Source: Thermoleophilia bacterium (GTDB taxonomy: Bacteria > Actinomycetota > Thermoleophilia > UBA2241). From it: 37,036 bases of DNA. The notes beneath the pieces are model-generated. The model was not told the DNA's origin, ran no database searches, and saw only the letters and a list, made by a program, of their open reading frames with translations. The stretch lies in NCBI GenBank assembly GCA_052139595.1, contig JBKQWK010000052.1:1-37036 (forward strand), in the 5' to 3' direction. Below are positions 17,317-27,049 of the stretch, in pieces (the first letter of the stretch is position 1; each line of letters begins with the position of its first letter). The position numbers and the translations under genes are program-made.

Positions 17317-19832
17317 TCACGACACCCGAACGTGCGCTCAGCGAGCCGCTCTCCGGCAACGGCGGCCTGGCGGCCCGGCGGGCCCTGGTGCGCTGGGCCT
17401 GGCGCCTCTTCCGCCGTGAGTGGCGCCAGCAGCTGCTGGTCGTGGCACTCGTCGTTGTCGCGGTGGCCGCCACCGTCGTTGGCGCAACGGTGGCGGCCGA
17501 CACACCGCCGGCGGCCAATGCGGGGTTTGGCAGCGCCCAGGACCTGGCCACGTTGGCGGGCTCCGATGCGCACCTTTCCGCCGAGATCGCGTCGCTGCAA
17601 CGGCGCTTCGGCCGCCTCGACGTGATCGAGAATGAAACCCTCGCCATCCCCGGCTCGATTGACACCTACGACCTGCGCGCCCAGAACCCCCGCGGTCCCT
17701 ACGGACAGCCGATGCTTGCGCTCATTTCCGGTCACTTTCCCAAGCAAGCAAACCAGGTGGCGGTGACCAGCGGCGTGGCCTCGGCCTTCAACCTCAGGGT
17801 CGGTGACGTCTGGCGCCAAGGCGGCCCGGCCCGCATGGTGGTCGGCATCGTTGAAAACCCGCAGAGTCTCCTCGACGAGTTTGCCCTCGTCGTCCCCGGT
17901 CAGGTCAAAGTGCCGACCCAGGTCACGGTGCTCTTCGATGCCCCAGGTGTCGCCCCGGCTTCGCTTGGCGCGAACGTCGCGACTCCTTTGTCGGCGTCGT
18001 CTTCGAACGCGTTCAACTCCGAGACGATCTCGATCGCCGGGCTCACGCTGGGGATGCTGCTGATCGCCCTGGTGGCGGTGGCGGCCTTTACGGTGCTGGC
18101 GCAGCGCCGCTTGCGCTCGCTCGGGATGCTCGCCTCACTCGGTGCTACGGACAGAAACGTCCGGCTTGTCGTGCGGGCCAACGGTGTCGTCGTCGGCGTC
18201 GTCGGCGCGGCGATCGGCTTCGCGGTGGGACTGATAGCGTGGCTTGCCTACCGGCCGAGTCTTCAGACAAGTGCCCACCACGTGATCGGCGTGTTTGCCC
18301 TGCCGTGGCTGGTCATCGTCCTTGCCATGCTTCTCGCCGTGCTGGCCACCTACGTTGCCGCCTCACGGCCGGCTCGCGCCGTCAGCAGAGTGCCGATCGT
18401 AGCCGCCCTCTCGGGCCGGCCGATCCCCCCGAAGCAGGTGCATCACTCGGCGCTGCCGGGCATCGTCTTCCTCGTCATCGCCTTCCTCTTGTTGTCCTAC
18501 TCAGGTAGCGCCAGTGGCGCAAAGCCGCGCGTCCCCGAGCTTGTCTTGGGCTTAGCCGCCCTCATCCCGGCACTGATCCTGCTCTCTCCCTTCTGTCTGG
18601 CGGCGCTCGCTAAGCTCGGTAAGCATGCCCCGCTGGCAGTGCGCATCGCTGTGCGTGACCTGTCGCGCTACCGGGCGCGCTCGGGCGCGGCGCTGGCGGC
18701 GATCAGCCTCGCTGTGCTCATCGCTGTGGTCATCGTGATTGTTGCCGCGGCACGCTACGGAAACGTCCTCGACTACGCCGGGCCCAACCTGGCGTCGAAC
18801 CAGCTCGCCGTCTACACACCCTACGGACCCGGCTACACACCCCCCAACCTTAACCCTGCCTCTCCCGATCCCGGCACGAGGGTGGTGACTCCGAAGGGCA
18901 TCACGCCCCACGCCATTGGCACGGTGACGGCGAAGCAGCTCAAAGCCATGAACAAGAGCGCACACGAGATCGCTTCCTCGCTCGGCAGCGGTGACGTCAT
19001 CGAACTCGATTCGACGAGCGCTTCGCTCTACCACGCCGGCGCCGGTCGTCCATTTGTCGGACCGGTGTACGTCGCGACGCCGTCGCTGCTACGGGCTTTC
19101 GGGATCAAGGCTTCTCAAGTTGACCCCACGGCCGAGATCCTCACCATGCGACCGGGGCTCTCGGGTCTCTCCGCCAAGCTCACCTACGGCAACGGCAACA
19201 ATTCGCCGGCACTCGCCAATCCTGTGATCGAGGAGGTCAGTGCCCTGCCGGCGGGCACCTCGGCACCAAACACCGTGATCACAGAATACGCTGTCCACAA
19301 GCTCGGCCTGGGGATCGAGACGTCCGGCTGGCTGATCCAGACCGCGCAGCCCCTCACCGCCTTGCAGATCAACAGTTCCCGGCTGGCGGCCTCGGCGGCC
19401 AACATGACCGTCGAGAGCAAGTCGAGCGCTCCTTCGTCGGCAGAGATCATCAACTGGGTGACAGTCTTTGGCATCGTCCTGGCGCTCGCCATCCTTGCCC
19501 TGACCATCGGTCTCATCCGCAGCGAGACCGCCGGCGACCTGCGCACCCTGGCTGCCACCGGGGCGAGCAGCACGACGCGGCGCACCCTCACTGCTGCCAC
19601 CGCCGGCGCGCTCGCTTTGCTCGGCGCCCTGCTCGGTACGGTGGCCGGCTACGTCGGCGTCATCGGCTGGATTCGGTCCAACTCCCTCAACGGCGGCATT
19701 GCGGCGCTTGGCCACGTCCCCATCGTCAACCTGCTCGTCATCCTCATCGGCCTGCCGGTCGCCGCTGCTGCCGGCGGCTGGCTGTTAGCCGGACGTGAAC
19801 CGCCGGCCATTGCCCGCCAGCCGCTCGAGTAA
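17313..19832 (+). CDS. FtsX/MacB-like ABC permease (tandem)
   Basis: Two FtsX-type repeats (QRRLRSLGMLASLGAT; DLRTLAATGAS) with large extracellular loops; ATGA overlap at 17313. Confidence 0.9.
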   Translation: MITTPERALSEPLSGNGGLAARRALVRWAWRLFRREWRQQLLVVALVVVAVAATVVGATVAADTPPAANAGFGSAQDLATLAGSDAHLSAEIASLQRRFGRLDVIENETLAIPGSIDTYDLRAQNPRGPYGQPMLALISGHFPKQANQVAVTSGVASAFNLRVGDVWRQGGPARMVVGIVENPQSLLDEFALVVPGQVKVPTQVTVLFDAPGVAPASLGANVATPLSASSSNAFNSETISIAGLTLGMLLIALVAVAAFTVLAQRRLRSLGMLASLGATDRNVRLVVRANGVVVGVVGAAIGFAVGLIAWLAYRPSLQTSAHHVIGVFALPWLVIVLAMLLAVLATYVAASRPARAVSRVPIVAALSGRPIPPKQVHHSALPGIVFLVIAFLLLSYSGSASGAKPRVPELVLGLAALIPALILLSPFCLAALAKLGKHAPLAVRIAVRDLSRYRARSGAALAAISLAVLIAVVIVIVAAARYGNVLDYAGPNLASNQLAVYTPYGPGYTPPNLNPASPDPGTRVVTPKGITPHAIGTVTAKQLKAMNKSAHEIASSLGSGDVIELDSTSASLYHAGAGRPFVGPVYVATPSLLRAFGIKASQVDPTAEILTMRPGLSGLSAKLTYGNGNNSPALANPVIEEVSALPAGTSAPNTVITEYAVHKLGLGIETSGWLIQTAQPLTALQINSSRLAASAANMTVESKSSAPSSAEIINWVTVFGIVLALAILALTIGLIRSETAGDLRTLAATGASSTTRRTLTAATAGALALLGALLGTVAGYVGVIGWIRSNSLNGGIAALGHVPIVNLLVILIGLPVAAAAGGWLLAGREPPAIARQPLE

Positions 19833-20038
19833 AGCCACTCCCGCTTGCCTGTTCACCTGTGTGCAGGGTGTCGCTCGTGCGCGTTACGACAGTGGTGGGC
19901 GCGGGCGTCACCCGTTTTGAGGGGTTGCTCGCCGCGCCAGACGATCACGGGCGCCCTGGCGCCGTGGCAGGTGGATGGCCGCCGTCGCCCTAGCTGTCAG
20001 CTGCGCAGGTGATGTTTGCAAACCGTGGCAGCCGCCCG

Positions 20039-21547
20039 TCAGATCAAGTTGCCGAGCCACAGGAGATGGTGAAAGTACGTCGCTGAGATGCTCAGGTCGG
20101 TGAGGATCGGCAGACAGGCAAGACAGACGCCGCTGACCGCTCCCGCATACGCCCAGCTGAGGTAGGGCCATAAGCGGCGCCGGTTGCGCCGCTGGAGCGA
20201 GGTCAGAAATCCAGCCGCGACGATCGTCACGGCGAGGGCGACAACCACGCGAGCGAGGTCGAGCGAAACGTGGGCCGGCAGCCGCCAGCAGAGCCAGGCC
20301 GCGGCCCTCGCGATCGGATACGAAAACAGAGCGACGACAGTCGCCGTGATTGCGTAGCAGAGCGCCGCCAGCCACAGTCGCGGTCGTTGGCCAGTCGACA
20401 GCTCGCGCGCCAGCAGGGCGACCGCCAGCGCCAGAAACGGTGCCACTGGCGTCATGTAGTACAGATACGAGGTGCGTGTGGTGGCAAGCCAGGGCAGGTA
20501 GAGCAAAGCCACGATCAGCGGCACCAGGAGCAACTGGCGCTGGTGGTGGACGCAGGCTAAGACGGCGAGAGCGACAAGTGCCGGCAGGGCGACCGCCCAG
20601 AGCAGGGGGTTCCCCATGGCAATGATGCGGTGCACGCTGCCGTTCATCTGCTTGTCGACATACCAGATCGCCTGGTAGTCGAAGATCCAGCTGTAGGCGT
20701 GTGAGGCGGCGGCGTTCGCGGTGTGCAGGTTTTCGTTAAACCACCACATCTCGCGCTGCAGTTGAACCCACTGCGCAAGGCTATGGCGACCCTTGCTGAA
20801 GTAGACGCTGTAGCTCGCCACATAGAGAGCAGCAGGCAGGATAACGAGGGCAACGAGCGGCCAAACGACATCGTAGAGCGCCTGTCGGGCAACGGTGATG
20901 AGCGGCCCCCGCCAGGGTCGGCGCCGGTAGACAACGATGATCGCTGCCGCCGCCGCCAGAGCAAGGGCGCCCGACCACTTCGTCCCCAGGGCCAGACCGC
21001 CGGCCAGACCGCAGAGCGTCAGCCAGCGCCGCCTCTGCCCACTCTGCACGTAGTGCAGGGCCAGATAGACGCACACAAGCGACCAGAAGGCGACGAAGAT
21101 ATCGAGCATGGCGAGGCGCGACTGGACGATGCCGAGAAAGTCGCTGGCGGCGAGGATGAGGCCAAGCAGCGCCCAGCCAGGTGGCAGTCCCAACCGGCGG
21201 CCGAGCGGATAGATGAGCGCAATGAGAAGCGTGCCTGCGAGTGTCGCCATGATTCGCCAGCCGAAGGCCGTGTAGCCAAAGATGGCCTCACCGACGGCGA
21301 TCGCAAGCTTGCCATATTCGGGGTGCGCCCAGGAGGCTTCTTTGCCTGGCTCCCAGGGGTAGGCAGGGTTAGGGCCGAGGTAGCCGTCAAGAATCGTGTG
21401 CGCGTCCCTGGCGTAGTAGAGCTCATCGAAGACGAAGACGCTTGGTCGCTCAAGCTCATAGAGGCGCACGGCCGCCGAGATGACAACGACGCAGATCGCG
21501 GCGACGATGATGGCGACCGAGGCAGGAGCGCTCAGGCGAAACGCCAT
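20039..21547 (-). CDS. GT-C glycosyltransferase, protein O-mannosyltransferase (PMT/GT39)-like
   Basis: FVFDELYYARDA, HPEYGK, FGWR, QSRLAMLDIF, KWSG, GNPLLW, YLYY motifs; many TM segments. Confidence 0.88.
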   Translation of the reverse strand: MAFRLSAPASVAIIVAAICVVVISAAVRLYELERPSVFVFDELYYARDAHTILDGYLGPNPAYPWEPGKEASWAHPEYGKLAIAVGEAIFGYTAFGWRIMATLAGTLLIALIYPLGRRLGLPPGWALLGLILAASDFLGIVQSRLAMLDIFVAFWSLVCVYLALHYVQSGQRRRWLTLCGLAGGLALGTKWSGALALAAAAAIIVVYRRRPWRGPLITVARQALYDVVWPLVALVILPAALYVASYSVYFSKGRHSLAQWVQLQREMWWFNENLHTANAAASHAYSWIFDYQAIWYVDKQMNGSVHRIIAMGNPLLWAVALPALVALAVLACVHHQRQLLLVPLIVALLYLPWLATTRTSYLYYMTPVAPFLALAVALLARELSTGQRPRLWLAALCYAITATVVALFSYPIARAAAWLCWRLPAHVSLDLARVVVALAVTIVAAGFLTSLQRRNRRRLWPYLSWAYAGAVSGVCLACLPILTDLSISATYFHHLLWLGNLI

Positions 21548-21548
21548 C

Positions 21549-22193
21549 TCAGGCTCGGCTTCGGGCCGCTCGCACCGCGGCGAGTAACGCCGGCGCTGTG
21601 TAGACCGTAAGCGGCTTGCCGTTGATGAGCACCAGCGGTGTCTTTCCCCAGCGCAGGAGCCACTGTGCGCTCAGCCGTCTGATCCAGCCGTCGTAGATCC
21701 CGTTGCGCACGCCATCGGCGAAGGCCGGCGCCGTGATGCCGAGCTGGCGAGCAAGGGCGATCAGGTAGGTGTCGCTCAGTTCACCTGAGTTCTCAGGAAA
21801 CTGATGTGCCAGTAAGGCATCGTGAAAGGCCCAGAACCTGCCCTCATCGCCGGCCAGTTCAGCCGCGTTGGCGGCGGCCAGAGACTCGGCACCGAGAAAG
21901 GCGACCGGGTAGTAGGCGTAGCGGATTTGTCCTTGGCGCACCAGCCGCACAATCGTGGCGTAGACCGCCTTTTCGAAGCGCCCGCAGGCAGGGCATTGAA
22001 AGTCAGCGTACTCCTCGACCAGGACCGGCGCCGAGGGCTTACCGATCACCTCTGACCCGTCCGCAGCGAGAGCATGCCGGGGGCGCATGATGCTGGCCGG
22101 GCTGGAGGCGCGGGTCGCCGCGATCGCGACGCCGCCGCCAACGACGGCCAGCGCGAGTGCCAGTGCCAACCAGCGCCTGGTGCGGATCGACAT
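21549..22193 (-). CDS. DsbA family thiol-disulfide oxidoreductase, membrane-anchored
   Basis: EYADFQCPACGRFE CXXC motif, FWAFHDAL, cis-Pro loop KTPLVLING; N-terminal TM/signal. Confidence 0.9.
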   Translation of the reverse strand: MSIRTRRWLALALALAVVGGGVAIAATRASSPASIMRPRHALAADGSEVIGKPSAPVLVEEYADFQCPACGRFEKAVYATIVRLVRQGQIRYAYYPVAFLGAESLAAANAAELAGDEGRFWAFHDALLAHQFPENSGELSDTYLIALARQLGITAPAFADGVRNGIYDGWIRRLSAQWLLRWGKTPLVLINGKPLTVYTAPALLAAVRAARSRA

Positions 22194-22282
22194 CTCTTCC
22201 GTTTACCTCAGTGCCAGGTGACGAGCGCTGGCTGGCGCTGGGCAGAGCAGGCACAGGCCACGGCCCGCCATCCTACGTTTCG

Positions 22283-23377
22283 TCATGAGAGGCGGTTGCG
22301 CACCCACCAGAAGCAGAGGCCGGCCAAGATGAGGGCGAGACCGATAAAGATCGCCGTCTCGCAGGCTTGGAAGGTCCAGTAGCGACTGGCGGGCTGGTAG
22401 GTCACCACTTCATGAAACGTGGCGCCAACCTTGGCGACGCAGTCCTGAAACGCTTTGTTGGCGAGGGGGTTCGCTACGATTTGAGAGCTATGGCCGCCGC
22501 TGAGACCAGTCGACGTGTTCGCTCCCCCCGCTGGCGTGCCCAAACTCTGCGGCGTAAAGAAGAAGGGACAGGCGCTCTTGAGAAACTGGGTGGTGAGCGC
22601 CTGACCCGCTTTATCGACAATCTGGGTTGAGTAGACCCAGGCGTTGGGCAGGTTCGGGGGTGCCAGAAACAACGTGTTCGGGCCCCCGTTTGCACTGCCA
22701 AAGCCATCGACGGACACCAAGTTGAGCGCCACGCTGAGGTGGGCCGGTGCGACGAAGTGTGGCCGCAGCCAGTAGGTCACGGCCAGGCGAGCGGCGATGA
22801 AGGCGACGAGCGTGGTCGCCATCGCCGGCAGCGTACGGCGCAGGAGCATGCCGGCGGTCACCCCGAGGGCAAAGGCGAGGGCGGCGTAGCCGATCGGAGT
22901 GATGCCGCGCTCGCCGAACAGCGCCGCTGAGAAGCGGTTGGCGGCGACCCGGTCGAGGGGGCTAAACCACCAGCTCACCATCAGGCTTACAAGGCCGGCG
23001 ACGATCATGCTCGCCAGGCCGACGAGGCCGAGCTTGGCCGTCAGCCAGCGCCTGCGGCTAACGCTCTGCGTCCAGGCAAGGCGAAAGCTGCCGGTTTCGA
23101 GTTCGCGTGCGATCAGCGGTGCCCCCCAGAAGATGCCAAGCAGGGCGGGGATAACAAGCAGAAGCGCACTGAGCCCGTTCTGCAGCAAGGCGTCGGTGTT
23201 AAGAAAGGCAGATGTGGCCGTCTGACAGTCGCCCTTGGCCTTGCAGTTGGCGACTGTCGTGTCGTAGAGGTGAACGAGGTGCGGGCCGGTAATGACTAGG
23301 ACGATGGCGATGATCACGAGCGCTGCCAAGGCGATGGCGGCCTGGGTGCGAAACTGACGCCAGCAGAGGCGGATCAT
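22283..23377 (-). CDS. ABC exporter permease (YtrC-like)
   Basis: FWGAPLIARELETGSFRLAWTQSVSRRRWL and YQPASRYWTFQ motifs. Confidence 0.9.
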   Translation of the reverse strand: MIRLCWRQFRTQAAIALAALVIIAIVLVITGPHLVHLYDTTVANCKAKGDCQTATSAFLNTDALLQNGLSALLLVIPALLGIFWGAPLIARELETGSFRLAWTQSVSRRRWLTAKLGLVGLASMIVAGLVSLMVSWWFSPLDRVAANRFSAALFGERGITPIGYAALAFALGVTAGMLLRRTLPAMATTLVAFIAARLAVTYWLRPHFVAPAHLSVALNLVSVDGFGSANGGPNTLFLAPPNLPNAWVYSTQIVDKAGQALTTQFLKSACPFFFTPQSLGTPAGGANTSTGLSGGHSSQIVANPLANKAFQDCVAKVGATFHEVVTYQPASRYWTFQACETAIFIGLALILAGLCFWWVRNRLS

Positions 23378-24270
23378 GACGACACCGCTGCGAGTCGTTG
23401 CTGATCGGCTGCCGTTGCGGCGGCACGACCCATGTAGGCAAGGACGAGATCCTCCAGGCTGACCGGCTCGACAACCCAGGCGGGGTCTGCGATCGGCTCG
23501 TCAGTGCGTATGAGGAACGTGCTCTGGCGGTCGGTGTGGCTCGCCTCGATGACCTGCTGGTTTAGCGGCAGACGGCTGGCATCGCGGCGGGCGCCGGTGA
23601 GGCGGTAGTGGCAGGCGAGCAAGGTCTCGATCTCACCGGCCACCTGCAGGCGCGAGGCAACGAGGACAACCAGGTAGTCACAAACCCGCTCCAGGTCGGC
23701 GACCAGGTGGGAAGAAAGCAGGACACTGACGCCGTCCTCGGCAACGACCGCCATGAGACCCTGGAGGAACTGTCGGCGGGCGAGTGGGTCGAGACTGGCG
23801 ACCGGCTCGTCGAGGATCAGCAGCTGCGGTCGCTTGGCGATCACCAGGGTGAGGGCAAGCTGGGCGAGCTGACCACCGGAGAGCTTGCCGGCTTTCTGGT
23901 CGAGGTCGAGGCCGAGTTCCTTGATCCGCCGTCTGGCGAGATCGTTATCCCAGCCGGGGTTGAGCCAGGCACCGAGGTGAAGGTGGTCGGCAACAGTTAA
24001 ACCGGCGTAGAGCGGCGTCTCCTGGGCGACGAAGCCGACGCGGGCAAGCTGGGCCGGGCTTGCGGCCGGCCGCTCGCCGAGGACGGCGATCGTGCCCGCC
24101 GTTGGCCGCAGCAGACCGACGGCCAGATGGAGCACGGTCGTCTTGCCGGCGCCATTGGGGCCAACGAGGCCGACGACCTGGCCGGCGGGGATGGTCAGGG
24201 TGCAGTCGGACAATGCCCAATGCCGCCCATAGCGCTTGCCGAGCCCCTGCGCCTCTAAGATGGCGCTCAT
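23374..24270 (-). CDS. ABC transporter ATP-binding protein (YtrB-like)
   Basis: GPNGAGKTT, LSGGQLAQLAL, ILDEPVASLD. Confidence 0.94.
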   Translation of the reverse strand: MSAILEAQGLGKRYGRHWALSDCTLTIPAGQVVGLVGPNGAGKTTVLHLAVGLLRPTAGTIAVLGERPAASPAQLARVGFVAQETPLYAGLTVADHLHLGAWLNPGWDNDLARRRIKELGLDLDQKAGKLSGGQLAQLALTLVIAKRPQLLILDEPVASLDPLARRQFLQGLMAVVAEDGVSVLLSSHLVADLERVCDYLVVLVASRLQVAGEIETLLACHYRLTGARRDASRLPLNQQVIEASHTDRQSTFLIRTDEPIADPAWVVEPVSLEDLVLAYMGRAAATAADQQRLAAVSS

Positions 24271-24659
24271 GCTACGCCCTCGTCAGTGGCGCTGCGAAAG
24301 GTGTCCCAGAAGAGAGCCTCGATACTCTCATCGTCGAGTCCGGCCCGGCGCGCCTTGGCGAGCCAGCGGCTGAGTTCGGAACGCAACGGTCCGTGGGCGG
24401 CGAGCGAAACGTCAGTGAGCGTCTTTACGACAAACGTGCCGATGCCCGGTCGAGCGGCGACGAGGCCGCTGTGTTCGAGCTCCTTGTAGGCTTTGAGCAC
24501 CGTGTTGGGGTTGATCGCCAGGCGACCGACCACCTCTTTGACCGTCGGCAGCTGCTCATTCTCAAGGAGCAGACCGAGCCGCAAGGCCCAGCGTACCTGG
24601 TGGACGATCTGCAGGTAGGGGGCGACGCCCGAGCGCGCGTCGAGATGGAACTCAATCAC
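24267..24659 (-). CDS. GntR family regulator, YtrA subfamily
   Basis: Short (130 aa); PYLQIV..QLPTVKEV..INPNTVLKAYKELE..G.GTFV; first gene of an ABC operon. Confidence 0.94.
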   Translation of the reverse strand: MIEFHLDARSGVAPYLQIVHQVRWALRLGLLLENEQLPTVKEVVGRLAINPNTVLKAYKELEHSGLVAARPGIGTFVVKTLTDVSLAAHGPLRSELSRWLAKARRAGLDDESIEALFWDTFRSATDEGVA

Positions 24660-24670
24660 CTCTGTCTCCA

Positions 24671-24726
24671 GTCATATAGATATCTAGGAACATAGGTAAT
24701 ATCTGCTCCGCGTGATGGCCTGTCAA
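24671..24726 (-). promoter_or_regulatory. Promoter and candidate YtrA operator
   Basis: Minus strand TTGACA-17 nt-GATATT; AT-rich palindrome TAGATATCTA (24677-24686) between it and the RBS. Confidence 0.6.
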
Positions 24727-24988
24727 GACCCGGCAGGGGCGCTCGTAAGCAGGGGCGCGATGGACGCCGGAGCATCGAGACAACGACGAGTGCCCAAAGG
24801 ATGTCGCCGACCACGAGCCCGCGGATGCTCCAACCCGAGAACGGGCGTTGCGGATCGCATCTTCGACGCGACTGCGCTTGAGGCTCTCGACGGGCCGGAG
24901 GGCAGGCGCGAGAGAGAGCCAAGAGAAGGCGCCGATGCACGTTGGCGGCTGCGCCGCCGTACCGTCGCGCCGGCCTCGCCGTAGGCGT

Positions 24989-25432
24989 CTACGCGCGGTC
25001 GGATCGCATCGCTGTCACCAGTCTGGCGATTCGGCGTTGTCGGACCTCTGAGGTCTTGGCTTCTTCGACGGCGACGACGTGCCTGCGCTTGAGGCCGTAT
25101 GGCAGGCGGTCGAACGCGGCTCTGGCTTCTGGGTCTTCGTTCAGCGCCATGGCGAGGTCCGCTGGCTCGGGTACTACCCTCGGCTCGGTGTCGAGCTTGA
25201 GATCGACCTCCACGACGTCGCCCTCGTCGATCCCGCTCGCGGCACGGTTAGCGGCGCTGATCCCGACCAGGTGTTTGCCGCGTATCAACGCGACCCTGCT
25301 GCGCCACGTATGGCCGTTGATCGTGATCGCGATCAGGGGCCGAGGGCCGAAAGCGAGGGCCTTCACGACATCTGCCGGGATCTCGACACCAGTGGCGTTG
25401 CCGGAAGGAATGACCCTAGCTTGGAACTTCAT
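24989..25432 (-). CDS. DUF1905 + YdeI/OmpD-associated domain protein
   Basis: ATGVEIP..V, TINGHTWRS, VGISAANRAASG, EPADLAMAL, AKTSEVRQRRI. Confidence 0.88.
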   Translation of the reverse strand: MKFQARVIPSGNATGVEIPADVVKALAFGPRPLIAITINGHTWRSRVALIRGKHLVGISAANRAASGIDEGDVVEVDLKLDTEPRVVPEPADLAMALNEDPEARAAFDRLPYGLKRRHVVAVEEAKTSEVRQRRIARLVTAMRSDRA

Positions 25433-25592
25433 CTTTGCATCTCCACGGCGATCGAGATCATTCCGCGCAGGCTTACGGGCGAGCCATTGCAGAGCCGTGA
25501 AAGCGCCATCGGACGTCCGGGTCTTTCGTGCTTGCCCCTCGCTGTCGCAGCAGTTGTGCTGCGAGTTGCGCTCAGTTTGCGGCTGCCCGGAG

Positions 25593-26173
25593 TCATCTCA
25601 CGACCCGGAAGCAAAGATGCGTAACGCTGGGCGTCGCGACGACCCGCGTCCTCTCCAGCTTGATCTGTCGCTCGCCGATGTTGACGAACAAGGGTCGACC
25701 CGCGGCGAGCACGACATTGGCGAGGTGGATCTGCATTTCGTCAACCAGTCCATCCCTCAGGACTGCTGACTGACGCCCGGACCCATCAGGACGACGTTCT
25801 TCTCACCCGCGGCTGCCCGCGCCTGGCGCAGGGCGCTCTCCATCCCGTCGGTGACGAACACGAACGTCGTCGCTCCTCGCTGCAGCGTCTCCTGCGGGCG
25901 GTGCGTGAGCACGAACACCTTCGCCTCTCCGAAGGGAGGGTTCTCGCCCCACGCTTCTCGGACGATGTCGAAGGTCCGCCTGCCCAGCACACAGGACCCT
26001 AAGGTCTTGCGGGGTTCCTCGAAAAGCAACTCGGCATCGGCCTCGGTCCTGCCCTCGAAGACCCATTCGTGAAGCAACCTGCCGCCATCGCCCAACCCGT
26101 TCCCGGGGCCGTCATTGGGACCGGTGACGTAACCGTCCAAGGACATCGCGATGTCGATGATCACCTTGGCCAC
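25593..26173 (-). pseudogene. DHFR-like/RibD C-terminal domain gene with a single frameshift near 25762
   Basis: VAKVIIDIAMSLDGYV..GRRTFD..MGPGVSQQ, then the shifted frame LRDGLVDEMQIHLANVVLAAGRPLF..VTHLCFRVVR*; AGGAGG RBS before GTG 26173. Confidence 0.85.
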
Positions 26174-26487
26174 CGTCCGTCCTCCTCTGCTCTGGCGCAT
26201 CGGCTCGCCTTCGCGCTACGGCATTCCCATTCTCGCTGCGCACAAACCCTGGCAGGGCGGGGAAGCTAACCTCTCGCTTTGTGGACGCCAAGGGGATATG
26301 TGGCGGCGGATTCTTGCGCCGCGCCGCCCGCCCGCTTCCGCCCCCGAAATGGACTCCGAATAGACTCCGAATGCCCTGTCACACGACGCTATGCGGCGGT
26401 ACGGAGCAGCGTTCGGTCGGGTTGAACAGGCCAGCGACGGGGGAGCCAGTGCACGGCAAGTTCGCGCCTCAAGAGGCTACCGGTCAG

Positions 26488-26520
26488 TGGTGGGCGATCT
26501 TGGGTTTAAGCCAACATCTC
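26488..26520 (-). mobile_element. Degenerate tRNA-Val 3' fragment (att-site relic)
   Basis: Minus strand GTTGG-CTTAAAC-CCAAG-ATCGCCC-A-CCA = T-stem/loop plus acceptor 3' strand and CCA. No 5' half of a tRNA. Confidence 0.55.
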
Positions 26521-26596
26521 TGGCGCCGTGCACCTGCGGCTGGCCTCTCAGTGAAGCTCGCGCGCCCGGCTCTGCACACCGCCGTCCACACGACGG

Positions 26597-26910
26597 TCAG
26601 GGAATGCGCATGTCCTTTTGCTCACGAGCGTTACACTGCTCTTCCCCGGTGAGGTCGGATTCGTTGACCGGATGAACGACTGACCAGTGCTGGCCGACCG
26701 GGCACCATTGGAAGCGCCACCAGACGAGGCGCAGCGCCTTCAGCGACGCCAGCGGCAGCCAGATTGTCGTGAACAGGTGACCTTGCTGGCAACGGACGAT
26801 GGTATTGCCACCGATGCCGTAACCGCGCCGCCGCAGCACGATGGTGGCCGTGGCCGTGAATGCGATGATGTTGCCGAGGACAACGGCTGGCGGAAAGCGG
26901 CGCCAGCAAG
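26597..26910 (-). CDS. Small membrane-anchored Cys/His-containing hypothetical protein (start uncertain, possibly damaged)
   Basis: TM segment, then GGNTIVRCQQGHLFTTIW..FQWCPVGQHWS. An AGGAG RBS lies near 26915 but has no in-frame start at the right spacing. Confidence 0.6.
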
Positions 26911-27049
26911 TCTTCTCCTGGGCGTCTCTGTGCACGAACCTGGCACTGCTTTTCGCGCGAGCTCTCGACCGCGCCGCCATCTGCTTTCTGCGTGCGTGCT
27001 GACGTTCTCCGCTCTGTGCGTGCCGGCGAACAGCGCGCTCACTTGGCGC

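Noticed and set aside
26488-26520. Functional tRNA gene
   Set aside because: Only the 3' third is present, the T-loop is mutated, and there are no D or anticodon arms.
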